From: Verrucomicrobiales bacterium
Lineage (GTDB): Bacteria; Verrucomicrobiota; Verrucomicrobiia; Verrucomicrobiales; SLCJ01
Length of the DNA stretch: 54,511 nt
Reading direction: 5' to 3'
Assembly (NCBI GenBank): GCA_046075565.1
Contig: JBJTQJ010000105.1
Location: forward strand, 1 to 54,511
Of the stretch, positions 19,001 to 27,335 are shown in pieces. The notes beneath the pieces were generated by a model. That model saw only the letters and a list, made by a program, of their open reading frames with translations, did no database searches and was not told where the DNA came from. Position 1 is the first letter of the stretch, and the number at the start of each line of letters is the position of its first letter. The translations under genes were made by a program, and so were the position numbers.

Positions 19001-19326
19001 TTCGTCTGTTCCAGCAGGCGCTGGGATACCGCCTTGGCCACTCCCGCCACGAAGGAGCGGTTCTTCTCCGTGAAAATGGCGTCCTCCTTGCGCGTGAGCA
19101 GCAAATCCGTGAGCGCGGTGCCGACGAGATCCGCCACTTCCTGGAGGTCGAAGGGTTGCTCATTTCCACCGCGCTCGACCGAGACGGCGGGATGCATGCG
19201 CTCGTTTTCTTCGAGCACCGTGCCCCAGTCGAAGCGGGGTTTGGAATCGCCAGGCGTGGTGGCCAAGCGTTTGAGTTCGACGTCTTGGTTGTGCGACTCC
19301 TCGAGATGGTGGTGGCGTTGGATCAT
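16045..19326 (-). CDS. nrdA: Ribonucleoside-diphosphate reductase class I alpha subunit with multiple ATP-cones
   Basis: SSTPTLFNSG, QLSSCY, SSNLCTEI, VCNLGS, AIAPTATIS, KTTYYLR, C-terminal CEACQ. Confidence 0.96.
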   Translation of the reverse strand: MIQRHHHLEESHNQDVELKRLATTPGDSKPRFDWGTVLEENERMHPAVSVERGGNEQPFDLQEVADLVGTALTDLLLTRKEDAIFTEKNRSFVAGVAKAVSQRLLEQTNEGRSLRLTQGDLYHIVERALIENDAHDVARSLGFRRAAGRHGETGAGAMTKLIRRNGNIVDWDEMKIANAVRMAFLSLRLDPEAAAGVAQAVTEKVRRANHALAHIEDVQDMVQVELMRQGHYKVAEAYILYRAHRARLRDEQAITQRATNDERQDTMVVVRAPDGSSVFWNGEDLRKRITIASIGLDLCLNPAEIERELRRAIPAETSTRDLRHTIILNARSLIERDADFARFAGRILLTFIYEEVIGWDVLRDGVEGLGEAHRRGFKAYLKQGIEIGRLSPDLLSYDLGRLADALDPMADFEFDYLGIQTLYDRYLIVDKTKGRGNERRIETPQYFWMRVAMGLFLREEKDREGWATRLYALYKGRRFCSSTPTLFNSGTPHSQLSSCYLYKVDDSIESIMFRGIAENAFLSKWAGGLGGSWTAVRGTGGHIHGTNGESQGVIPFLKLHNDQLVAVNQGGKRRGSGCAYLESWHNDIEDFLELRRNTGDDRRRCHDMNTANWIPDLFMKRMENRQTWTLFRANETSDLHELYGRAFEERYAHYEAMAREGKIFGREVPAIDLWKKMLMMLFETGHPWITFKDACNVRSPQDHCGVIHSSNLCTEITLNTSADETAVCNLGSVVLETHIRDDGSLDQEMLGDTIRVAIRALDNVIDINFYPTEAARRANMRHRPIGLGVMGLQNALFKRGLSFASPEAVEFNDEFMEAIAYHAYAASSDLAAERGTYSSYSGSKWDRGLLPQDTLDLLELERGISLDVPRGGRLDWNPVREKIREQGMRNSNVLAIAPTATISNITATTPCIEPNFKNLYVKSNLSGDFIVLNGELVRDLKKHGLWNREMMERLKASKGELAGLEGIPEELKQKHLTVFSVDWTFIIDAAARRQKWIDQAQSVNLFVAAPDLKVLSHMYRAAWRKGLKTTYYLRSLGASDIEAATINVQKELRGVVAETAAATPPVADSTNEARVAACRLDAMMNGGECEACQ

Positions 19327-19373
19327 GGGATGCGAGCGGGCGAGTGTTTTGGAAGAAACGAATTCAAAGTGGA

Positions 19374-20468
19374 TTACAGATCATCATCGGACACGGCGGC
19401 GAGAGCACCCGCCTTCTGATAGTCGGTCACGCGGCTTTCGAAGAAATTGACTTCCTTCTTGATGTCCATGAGTTCGGCCAGCCATGGAAACGGATTTTCC
19501 GCCGGCTTGTCGCAAAGTGGCGCGAGTCCGCAACCGCCCAGCCGCCGGTCCGCGATGAAATCGATGTATTGCTCGAAGTCCGGCGAGTTCAAGCCGACCG
19601 CGCTTACAGGCAGGCAGTCGCGGATGAAGTCTTTTTCCAGGCAGATCGCTTCCGCCATGGTCGAGCGGAGGTCTTCCCGGAATTCTTCCGTCCAAATATC
19701 GGGATTCTCCGAGATGAGATCCATGAATAGGTTGCGGAAGAGTTCGATGTGATTCGACTCGTCGCGAAGGGTGTAGCGGAACATCTGGCCGATGCCGGGG
19801 AATTTGTTCTGGCGGTAGAGCGCGAGGACCATGCCAAAGAGGCCGTAGAATTGCGTGCCTTCCATACATTGCCCGAAGACGAAGATGTTCTTGGCGAGGG
19901 CCTGTTTGTTTGCCGTGTCGGTCAGATCAAGATCGCGGCGCAGTGCCCGGCTGTTGCGCACCACGAAGTCGGTCTTGCGTTTGATGCTTGGAACATCCTC
20001 GAACATGGCCTCACATTCATGCGGGTTGAGCCCGAGCGAACTGAGCATGTAGACGAGGCTATCGGCGTGGATGTTCTCCTCGTGGGCATGGCGCCCGAGT
20101 GCGAGCTTCAGCTCGGGTGCGGTGACCACTTCGCGCACGACATGGATGATGTTGTCGCCGACGATGCCCTCGGCGGCGGAGAAATAGCCGACCGCCATTT
20201 TGATAATCCATCGCTCGATGTCGCTGATGTGGGCCTCGTCACGCCATTGCTCTATGTCCTTCTGCATCTGGATGTCTTCCGGCTCCCAGTGGTTGGCCTT
20301 CATCGTCTTGTAGATGTCGTAGGCCCAGCTGTATTTCAGCGGGAGGATATTGAAGAACATTGTGTTCCGGCCATTGATGACCTTTTTGGCGGCATAGGCC
20401 GCTTCGGCTTTTTCTTTGTCGAGAATGAAGGTGCGCTCGCCTAGAACAATGGTGGTAGTGTTAGCCAT
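19374..20468 (-). CDS. nrdB: Ribonucleoside-diphosphate reductase beta subunit, class Ic-like
   Basis: ANHWEPED, FSAAEGIVGDN, EENIHADSL, MEGTQFY, RDESNH, NPFPW, NFFESRVTDY. Confidence 0.93.
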   Translation of the reverse strand: MANTTTIVLGERTFILDKEKAEAAYAAKKVINGRNTMFFNILPLKYSWAYDIYKTMKANHWEPEDIQMQKDIEQWRDEAHISDIERWIIKMAVGYFSAAEGIVGDNIIHVVREVVTAPELKLALGRHAHEENIHADSLVYMLSSLGLNPHECEAMFEDVPSIKRKTDFVVRNSRALRRDLDLTDTANKQALAKNIFVFGQCMEGTQFYGLFGMVLALYRQNKFPGIGQMFRYTLRDESNHIELFRNLFMDLISENPDIWTEEFREDLRSTMAEAICLEKDFIRDCLPVSAVGLNSPDFEQYIDFIADRRLGGCGLAPLCDKPAENPFPWLAELMDIKKEVNFFESRVTDYQKAGALAAVSDDDL

Positions 20469-20603
20469 GGCGTCTTAAAAATGAACTTTTTTGGAATTAG
20501 GTCGTCGTTTTCCGTGGTGCTTTTCTTTGATTTCCAAGCTATTCCACCCTTTGAACTGCGGAGAATTAAACCCGGATCTGAAAATGCCCGTCAGAAGACG
20601 TAT

Positions 20604-20651
20604 CCGCAACATATTGTGGTTGCCGAATTCAGGCAATACTTTTCGTTGTGT
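20604..20651. promoter_or_regulatory. Tandem NrdR boxes upstream of nrdB-nrdA
   Basis: Minus strand CCACAATATGTTGCGG (20604-20619) and weaker ACACAACGAAAAGTAT (20636-20651), offset by 32 bp. Confidence 0.7.
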
Positions 20652-20839
20652 TAAGGAAAAAAATACTGGAAGAAACCGCTTGAAAGTGGCAGAATCCTTG
20701 GCGTACAAGGATTGCCCGCAATTCTCGGATTCTGGGCGCAAATTTGAGAATTTGTCCGAATGGTTGCCAAGTGCTTCCGATCGTGAAATGATTCCCCAGC
20801 ATCACCCCAGCATCATCAAATTTTTCACCCTCAATCTTT

Positions 20840-21610
20840 ATGAACCGCTCCCTCGTTTTTCCGGTTTTATTCGGCTCCCTCTCCCTCATTTTCACCTCCT
20901 GCCAAAACACCGGCACCGGCGACACTGCGGATCTCCCCGCTCTAGATTATCCCTTCGATGAGCAGGGCAACTATATTGAAAGCAAGGCGCGCAGCCTCGG
21001 AACCGGAGGACGTACGAGTAAACCGATCACGCTCGCCCAAAATACACCGCCGCCGCCCATGCCCGACGTGGCACCGCCTCCGCTCCCGGACAACAACTAC
21101 GCCCCTGTCGATGATGTAATTCCTCCTCCTCCCAATCTGGCTCAAAACACCCAGCCTCGTCCGAGCACAGGCAGTGGCGGTGGCTCTAACAAAACCAAGT
21201 CGTCCACGACCAAACCCAAGTCCAGCACATCCTCCGGAACCAAGACTACTTCCAGCGTCGCCTACACCGTGGTCAAAGGCGACACCCTCTCGGGCATCGC
21301 CTCGCGTTATGGCACGAGTGTCTCGGCCATCCGTAGTGCGAACGGTCTCAGCTCCAGCAACTTGATCCGTGTCGGACAGAAACTCAAGGTTCCCAAAGGC
21401 AGCGGATCGGTAGCCAGCCGTTCCAATTCTTCCTCCTCCAAACCCTCCTCAACCAGCACGAGCAGCAGCGGCGGCTCTTACACGGTGAAATCCGGTGACT
21501 CCCTCTGGGTGATCGCCCGGAAAAACAATACCAGCGTGGACAAATTGATGAAGGCCAATGGTCTGAGCAGCGACAAACTGAAGATCGGTCAAACACTGAA
21601 GATTCCTTGA
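20840..21610 (+). CDS. LysM peptidoglycan-binding lipoprotein (two LysM domains)
   Basis: Lipobox [18 protein letters not shown] and [13 protein letters not shown]. Confidence 0.9.
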   Translation: MNRSLVFPVLFGSLSLIFTSCQNTGTGDTADLPALDYPFDEQGNYIESKARSLGTGGRTSKPITLAQNTPPPPMPDVAPPPLPDNNYAPVDDVIPPPPNLAQNTQPRPSTGSGGGSNKTKSSTTKPKSSTSSGTKTTSSVAYTVVKGDTLSGIASRYGTSVSAIRSANGLSSSNLIRVGQKLKVPKGSGSVASRSNSSSSKPSSTSTSSSGGSYTVKSGDSLWVIARKNNTSVDKLMKANGLSSDKLKIGQTLKIP

Positions 21611-21730
21611 GGGGCTTTCAACGCAGCCAGCCATTTATTTCTCAAGCAGGGACTGCTTTCCGTAGCGGTCCATGATTCCGTGAGGACGAAGGTCGCGCAG
21701 AGGCTTCGATAGAGGCCGCATGGCTTCATT

Positions 21731-24181
21731 TCAAATGATGGCCGCGGGTTTGTTATCGGTTTTCCGTCTGACACCCGGTGATTCGGACGCGGTCCAGGCC
21801 ATGGCGACATCGAGGGTTTGACCGCGGGTGTTCTCGAAGGCTTCGACGGTGGCCAGCACGACGATCAACCCGCCGCGTTCGAAGACGTGGCCGCATCTCC
21901 GGAAGACACCGGGGAAAAGCGAGATTTCGGTGAAGCCATCGCGATCCGCCAGGGTGCCGAAAAACATTACTTCCCCCTTCAGCGTGTGGGTGCGGCGGCT
22001 CTGCACGAGCAATCCGGCAAAAAGCACCTGGCGACCTTGGCGTTCAGCCAAACGTGACGACCGGCAACATCGATCCCAGTCGAAACCGGGGGCTAGGTGT
22101 TCGAAGGGATCGAGAGAGTGGGGGAAGCCAAGCAATTCCATCTCGCGCGCCGCTCGTTCGGCAGGAGAGTGTTCCTTCAATTGATCTGGGACCACAGGTC
22201 CGGCCGGTGGTGCGAGCGAAAACAAATCCCCGGCCGGAAGTTCCGGCAAACGGCTGATTTCCCAGAACATGGCCGAGCGTCCGCGCCCGAACCCGTCAAA
22301 AGCCCCGGCGTCGAGCAAGCGGTCTTTCTCTTCGCGACTGGGCGCGACGCGATGGATGAAATCAGCCGGACTGACAAATGGGGCGAGTTTTCGTTCGTGC
22401 TCCCATCGTTCGAGAGTGGGACGGCCGAAGCCCTTGATCCAGCGCAACGGCGGACGCAGGGCCGGGCGGCCATCGGTCAGAACTTCAGTTTGCCAGCGCA
22501 CGCCGGAACGGTTGATGTCCGGGCCGAGCACGCTGATGCCGAGCCGCAGGGCCTCGAGCGTGTAGAAAAACGATGAGTAGAACCCGCGTTCGTTGTCCAA
22601 CACGGCGGCCATTGACTCGGCCGGCCAGCGGCATTTCAACCAAGCCGCTTGGTAAGCCTCCACCGCATAACTCGCGCTATGCGCCTTGTTGAACATGTAA
22701 CCATGGAAATGCACGAGCGTCGTCCAGACATGGCGGATGTCTTCCTCGGTGCGTCCGTTTTCGCGTGCTTTCTCCACGAATTCCACCCCGAGTTCGGCGA
22801 GCTTTTCCGGACTCTTCATCTTGACCAGTTCGCGCCGCAGCATGTCAGCCCGCCCGAGGTTCATGCCCGCGAAATGATGGGCGACCATGAGGATATGTTC
22901 CTCATAGACTAACAAACCATAGGTGTCGCGCAGGCACGACTCCAAGACCGGATGCGGATACCCCGCCTCCTCGAATCCCTGGTGACGCCTCGTGAAAGCG
23001 AGTTTCTTCGATTCATCTGCCGCACCCGGACGAATCACACTGACAATGGCGCAGAGGCAGTGCATGTCGCGGCAGTTCGACTGCACGAGCAGGCTGGTCA
23101 TGGCCGGGCTTTCGATGTGATGCACGCCGCGGGCGCCGCCGCTGGCGATCATTTCCCAAGTTGCCGGATCATCCCATGGGATTTTTTCCAAATCCACCGC
23201 GATGCCATGGCGCTCCCGCAGGATTCGTTTCACATCCCGCAGCACGGAAAGGCCGGCTTGGCCGAGCAGATCAATCTTCACGAACCCGAGCGATTCCACC
23301 GCGTCCATGTCGAATTGGGTCATACGCGGGCCGCGCCCGCTCGGCTGGAGCGGCATCACATCGGCCAGCGGCTCGCGGCTGATGACAATCCCGCACGGGT
23401 GCATCGAGGCATGACGCGGCACATCTTCGAGGCGTGCCGCCATCTCGAGGATTTCCGGATACGGTTGTTCGCGCATGGGTAGGTCGCTTTCGAGAAACGG
23501 GATCTCCGCCACGGCCCGCGCGATGTCGTCGGCCCGGCTATAGGGCAAGCGCCGGGTGAAGGCCCGCGTTTCCGATTCGCTCAAGCCGTGGATCTTCGCC
23601 AGATCCCCGACCGCCGCTCGCGCATGGAAGCGGTTGAACCCGCCGATCATCGCCACATGGTCGTGGCCCCAGCGATCGAAGACATAAGCGATCATTTCAT
23701 CCCGTTGATCCCAGGGGAAATCCAGATCGATGTCGGCCAGTTTGCTGAACTGCGACCGTTCATGGTTGAGGAAACGTTCAAAGTAGAGATCAAACCACAA
23801 CGGGCAGACGCTGGAAATGCCGAGGCAATAACACACCAGCGAGTCTGCCGCGCTCCCGCGCGCCAGCACCGGAATCTCCCGGACGCCCGCCTCGCGCACG
23901 ATGTCCCAGACAATGAGGAAATAATCGGCATAGCCGACCGACTCGATCACGGACAATTCATGGTGAGCCCGGGCTACCGCGTCGGCCCGCCGCCGCGACA
24001 CCTCCGGGCCGTAACGCCATCTCAGACCCTTGAGCACCAGTCCACGCAGGAAGGTAATCCGGTCCGGTGTCGGCCCGCCCTCCGACAATCCCAAATCCTC
24101 GGCCTCGACATGGCGAAACCAGTTCTCCGGCACGGGAAAGACCGGATAAAACCTCGATGGGCTGGGACGGGGACGGCTCAC
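21731..24181 (-). CDS. dnaE2: Error-prone DNA polymerase III alpha-like protein lacking the PHP domain
   Basis: YFLIVWDIV, ARGSAADSLVCYCLGIS, FERFL, ADIDLDF, HPCGIVI, KIDLLG, YMFNKAHSASY, C-terminal OB fold; 816 aa; GTG start. Confidence 0.85.
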   Translation of the reverse strand: MSRPRPSPSRFYPVFPVPENWFRHVEAEDLGLSEGGPTPDRITFLRGLVLKGLRWRYGPEVSRRRADAVARAHHELSVIESVGYADYFLIVWDIVREAGVREIPVLARGSAADSLVCYCLGISSVCPLWFDLYFERFLNHERSQFSKLADIDLDFPWDQRDEMIAYVFDRWGHDHVAMIGGFNRFHARAAVGDLAKIHGLSESETRAFTRRLPYSRADDIARAVAEIPFLESDLPMREQPYPEILEMAARLEDVPRHASMHPCGIVISREPLADVMPLQPSGRGPRMTQFDMDAVESLGFVKIDLLGQAGLSVLRDVKRILRERHGIAVDLEKIPWDDPATWEMIASGGARGVHHIESPAMTSLLVQSNCRDMHCLCAIVSVIRPGAADESKKLAFTRRHQGFEEAGYPHPVLESCLRDTYGLLVYEEHILMVAHHFAGMNLGRADMLRRELVKMKSPEKLAELGVEFVEKARENGRTEEDIRHVWTTLVHFHGYMFNKAHSASYAVEAYQAAWLKCRWPAESMAAVLDNERGFYSSFFYTLEALRLGISVLGPDINRSGVRWQTEVLTDGRPALRPPLRWIKGFGRPTLERWEHERKLAPFVSPADFIHRVAPSREEKDRLLDAGAFDGFGRGRSAMFWEISRLPELPAGDLFSLAPPAGPVVPDQLKEHSPAERAAREMELLGFPHSLDPFEHLAPGFDWDRCCRSSRLAERQGRQVLFAGLLVQSRRTHTLKGEVMFFGTLADRDGFTEISLFPGVFRRCGHVFERGGLIVVLATVEAFENTRGQTLDVAMAWTASESPGVRRKTDNKPAAII

Positions 24182-24191
24182 TCAATAAATG

Positions 24192-24205
24192 TGTTCAAAA
24201 GAACA
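24192..24205. promoter_or_regulatory. LexA (SOS) box TGTTC-AAAA-GAACA
   Basis: Perfect match to the Verrucomicrobia TGTTC-N4-GAACA motif, about 10 bp upstream of the dnaE2 start. Confidence 0.88.
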
Positions 24206-24254
24206 ATTTTAGCAAGCGAAGAATCGGGGACATGTCTGGAACGCCCTCGCGTCC

Positions 24255-24365
24255 TGGAGGGGGAGGACGTCGCATCCCGCATGCACCGCTGGGATTCGTC
24301 CGAACTCCTGGGGCTCGGTGGTTCCACCCTCAAAGCGGTGGAGGAACCACCGCAATCCAGAGCCT
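24255..24365. repeat. REP-like palindromic intergenic element
   Basis: Perfect 10-bp inverted repeat CGGTGGTTCC (24316-24325)/GGAACCACCG (24343-24352) plus flanking GC-rich stems. Confidence 0.4.
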
Positions 24366-24451
24366 CCGGCGGTTAGGTGTCGGCCGATTCAAGATCGATA
24401 GTGTGAACAACCAGTTCAGACTCCGGGTTGAAAAGACCAGTGGATGCTTCA

Positions 24452-25519
24452 CTACTTCTCCGCAGGGGCCTCGAGGGCTTCGATATGCAGGCGCACGGCT
24501 TCGGTCATGCCGCGTTCGCTGTAGCCGCCTTCGAGCAGCGAAACAATCCGTTCATGACCTTGTTCGCGGCAGAGGGAGCGCAGGATATGTGTGAGTTCGC
24601 CATAGACCTGACTCGACCAGCCGAGTTCGCCGAGTCGGTCCTCCTCATGTGCGTCGAAGCCGGCGGAGATGATGAGGAGTTGTGGTTTGAATTTGCGGAA
24701 GGCATCGGTCAGTTGGTTGCGAAATGCGTGAAGCACTGCGGCATCTCCGCTTCCGGCGGCCAGCGGCACGTTCAAGTTGAAACCTTTGCCCGCGCCCTCG
24801 CCGGTGATGTCCGGGGATCCGCTGGGACCGGGATAAAACGGGTATTGGTGGGTGGAGAAAAAGAACACGCTGGGATCCGCGAGGAAAACCGCCTGGGTGC
24901 CATCACCGTGGTGCACATCCCAATCCACGATCATCACACGTTCCAATTTATGCTGCTTTTGCGCGTAGCGGGCGGCGATGGCCGCATTGGAAAAGAAGCA
25001 GAAGCCCTTGGCTTTGTCGGGCATGGCATGATGGCCTGGTGGTCGCACGGCGGCGAATGCGTTGTTCACGCGTCCTTGCATCACTAAATCGACGGCGGTC
25101 AAGCAGCCGGCGGCCGCTGTTACCGACACGTCGTAAGTGTGTTTGGAAATCGGGGTGTCCTGATTTCCGTGCATCCGTTGTTCGCCTTTTGCACAAGCGT
25201 TTTTCAAGTTCGCCACGTAGTTGGCATCGTGAACTTTGAGGATCCATGGCAATGGATCCATCTTCTCGTCGGGAATGGTCCAGAGCAAGCGCTGGGAAAC
25301 TGGTTGGGCTTTGAGATGCGTGGTCAATCGGCGGAGGCGGTCCGGATTTTCCGGGAATCCCGGGCCGGTATCGTGGTCGAGGAATTTCTTATCGTAAATG
25401 ATGGCGGTGCGGAAGCTTTCCGGCTCGGGCCGCGAAGGCTCCGTTTGGGCCGACAAACAGGACAAGAAAAACGCGACGATAGCGAGGACGCGGTTGGTGA
25501 TACTTTGTTGGCTTTTCAT
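24452..25519 (-). CDS. Zn-dependent histone deacetylase family protein with putative signal peptide
   Basis: FPENPDRL, RPPGHHA, GFCFFSN, DWDVHHGDGTQ, SAGFDAH, LEGGY; likely start MKSQQ at 25519. Confidence 0.9.
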   Translation of the reverse strand: MKSQQSITNRVLAIVAFFLSCLSAQTEPSRPEPESFRTAIIYDKKFLDHDTGPGFPENPDRLRRLTTHLKAQPVSQRLLWTIPDEKMDPLPWILKVHDANYVANLKNACAKGEQRMHGNQDTPISKHTYDVSVTAAAGCLTAVDLVMQGRVNNAFAAVRPPGHHAMPDKAKGFCFFSNAAIAARYAQKQHKLERVMIVDWDVHHGDGTQAVFLADPSVFFFSTHQYPFYPGPSGSPDITGEGAGKGFNLNVPLAAGSGDAAVLHAFRNQLTDAFRKFKPQLLIISAGFDAHEEDRLGELGWSSQVYGELTHILRSLCREQGHERIVSLLEGGYSERGMTEAVRLHIEALEAPAEK

Positions 25520-25648
25520 GGTAATCCGAGAATCTGCGGACATGTTATTCATACGCTTCGGCGGGGGATTCGGGGATTCTCGGAATGAAGGAAGGGGAGG
25601 CAAGAGGTTTTTGCCATGCGGAAGAGATGATGTAGATTCCGGGGAAAC

Positions 25649-26506
25649 ATGGCCGTTTCCAGCAGCAATGCCCGCAGCATCACCCGTAAGGCGAAGAGCA
25701 ATCTCGCCTTCGCGTTGGGCAGTCTGCCGAGCGAGAGGCGAGGGGATATGGTCACATTTTATGCCTTCTGCCGACTGGTGGACGACATCGCGGATGACTC
25801 GGAGGTGCCGGTGAACCGCAGGGAAGCCTCGCTGCTGCTCTGGCGCGACGCGTTGTGCAGAGAGGTGCCCGGAGAGGATCCCTTGGCCAGCGAAGTGCGT
25901 TCCCTGGCGGCGAAATACCGGATTCCGATCGAACGGTTTGAAGAGATTCTGGAAGGAGTGACGCGGGATCTGCGGCCACAAACGTTTGGCACGGCCGAAG
26001 ATTTGGAGAAATACTGTCACCTTGTCGCCTCGGTGGTCGGGTTGGTGAGCATCGAAATATTCGGTTACAAGGATCCGGCCTGCCGCGACTATGCGCTTTC
26101 ATTGGGCCAGGCCTTGCAGTGGACGAATATCCTGCGCGACGTGGCCCAGGATGCAAAGGTGGGTAGGCTGTATTTGCCCTTGGCCGACCTGCATCGTTTT
26201 CAAATTACCGACGCGGAGGTGCTGGGCGGAACGATGGATGGTCGGTTCCGCGCCCTCATGGAACATGAATACCACCGGACCGAAGCCTACTTCCAGAAGG
26301 CGGTGGCGATTCTGCCGAAGCGGGATAGGAAATCCATGGTCGCGGCGGAGACCATGCGGAGGATCTATCACGCCTTGTTGCTGAAGATGCGGGCCGACGG
26401 ATTTCAAGTGTTCTCCAAACGATACCGTTTGGCCAAACCCCACATGCTATGGCTCCTGCTGGCCACGCGGCTTGGTTGGGAGCGGCGGGCAAGAAATTCG
26501 CGCTGA
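25649..26506 (+). CDS. Squalene/phytoene synthase family protein (HpnD-like)
   Basis: FYAFCRLVDDIADD, YCHLVASVVG, LGQALQWTNILRDV..D, GRLYLP. Confidence 0.9.
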   Translation: MAVSSSNARSITRKAKSNLAFALGSLPSERRGDMVTFYAFCRLVDDIADDSEVPVNRREASLLLWRDALCREVPGEDPLASEVRSLAAKYRIPIERFEEILEGVTRDLRPQTFGTAEDLEKYCHLVASVVGLVSIEIFGYKDPACRDYALSLGQALQWTNILRDVAQDAKVGRLYLPLADLHRFQITDAEVLGGTMDGRFRALMEHEYHRTEAYFQKAVAILPKRDRKSMVAAETMRRIYHALLLKMRADGFQVFSKRYRLAKPHMLWLLLATRLGWERRARNSR

Positions 26507-26525
26507 TGGTTAGGCGATATTCCTC

Positions 26526-27287
26526 TCAGAATACGAAGAGCCAGCCGATTTCGGTGAGAGAATCCTCGTAGATGGAATACAGCTGGGCGTCGTAGATGGC
26601 CCGGGCATTGGTGACCCACTCCTCGGCTTCCTTGTTTTCCTTTTTCTCGAAATGCAGCGCCGCCATCGAGTAATAGTAAATGGGCGCATCATCGTAGATA
26701 TCGTATCGGTTGATCAGAGGAGTCGCATCATCAAACTTCTGCTGCTTGATGAGGCACAGCATGACCTTGTATTCCATGAGCTTGCGGGTGGTCGCATCAA
26801 TGGCATCTCCTTGTTTCAGCAGTTCGCGGAATTGTTTTTCGGCTTCTTCCCATTTTTTCTGCACGAAGAACATTTCGGCGCGATTGAAGTGGCTTTGCCA
26901 GAACGTCGGATACAGTTTTGCGGCTTTTTCGAAGTAGAGCAGGGCACGATCAAAGTCACGGATCTGGACCAGACAGGAACCTTTCAGATTGAGAACCACC
27001 GGATGGATGGGAGCGATGCTTTCGGCATCGATGAGTTTCTGGAGGGCTTCGGGAACGCGTTTTTCGGCCAGGAGTTTCTCTCCATCCACCAGGAGTTGCT
27101 GGAATTTCTTCTGTTCTTCGGCCGGACGCTTGAGAAATTCCTCCTCGGCGGCCTTCGCCTCGGGGGTTCCCGGGTTAACGCCCATGGCCGAAGCGGTCGC
27201 GGCGGGCTTTGTCGCCTCCGGTTCTTGTTGGGCGTTTACGATACCCGTGGCCAGGAAAAGGGAGAAAAAGAAGGTGTTCAGCTTCAT
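26526..27287 (-). CDS. Secreted tetratricopeptide-repeat protein
   Basis: Signal peptide plus helical TPR-like repeats (VLNLKGSCLVQIRDFDRALLYFEKA). Confidence 0.85.
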   Translation of the reverse strand: MKLNTFFFSLFLATGIVNAQQEPEATKPAATASAMGVNPGTPEAKAAEEEFLKRPAEEQKKFQQLLVDGEKLLAEKRVPEALQKLIDAESIAPIHPVVLNLKGSCLVQIRDFDRALLYFEKAAKLYPTFWQSHFNRAEMFFVQKKWEEAEKQFRELLKQGDAIDATTRKLMEYKVMLCLIKQQKFDDATPLINRYDIYDDAPIYYYSMAALHFEKKENKEAEEWVTNARAIYDAQLYSIYEDSLTEIGWLFVF

Positions 27288-27335
27288 GGCAAAGATTGAA
27301 GATCCTCGCGACTATGGAGGGAAAGGAGGGGGATG

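Noticed and set aside
16039-20444. Plus-strand ORFs of 513, 413 and 231 aa
   Set aside because: Antisense to nrdA and nrdB
16045-24181. Inteins or introns in nrdA and dnaE2
   Set aside because: Conserved motifs are contiguous; no intein-sized insertion or splice motifs seen
25520-26020. N-terminal extension of the HDAC ORF to 522 aa
   Set aside because: Overlaps the divergent HpnD-like gene; true start is near 25519
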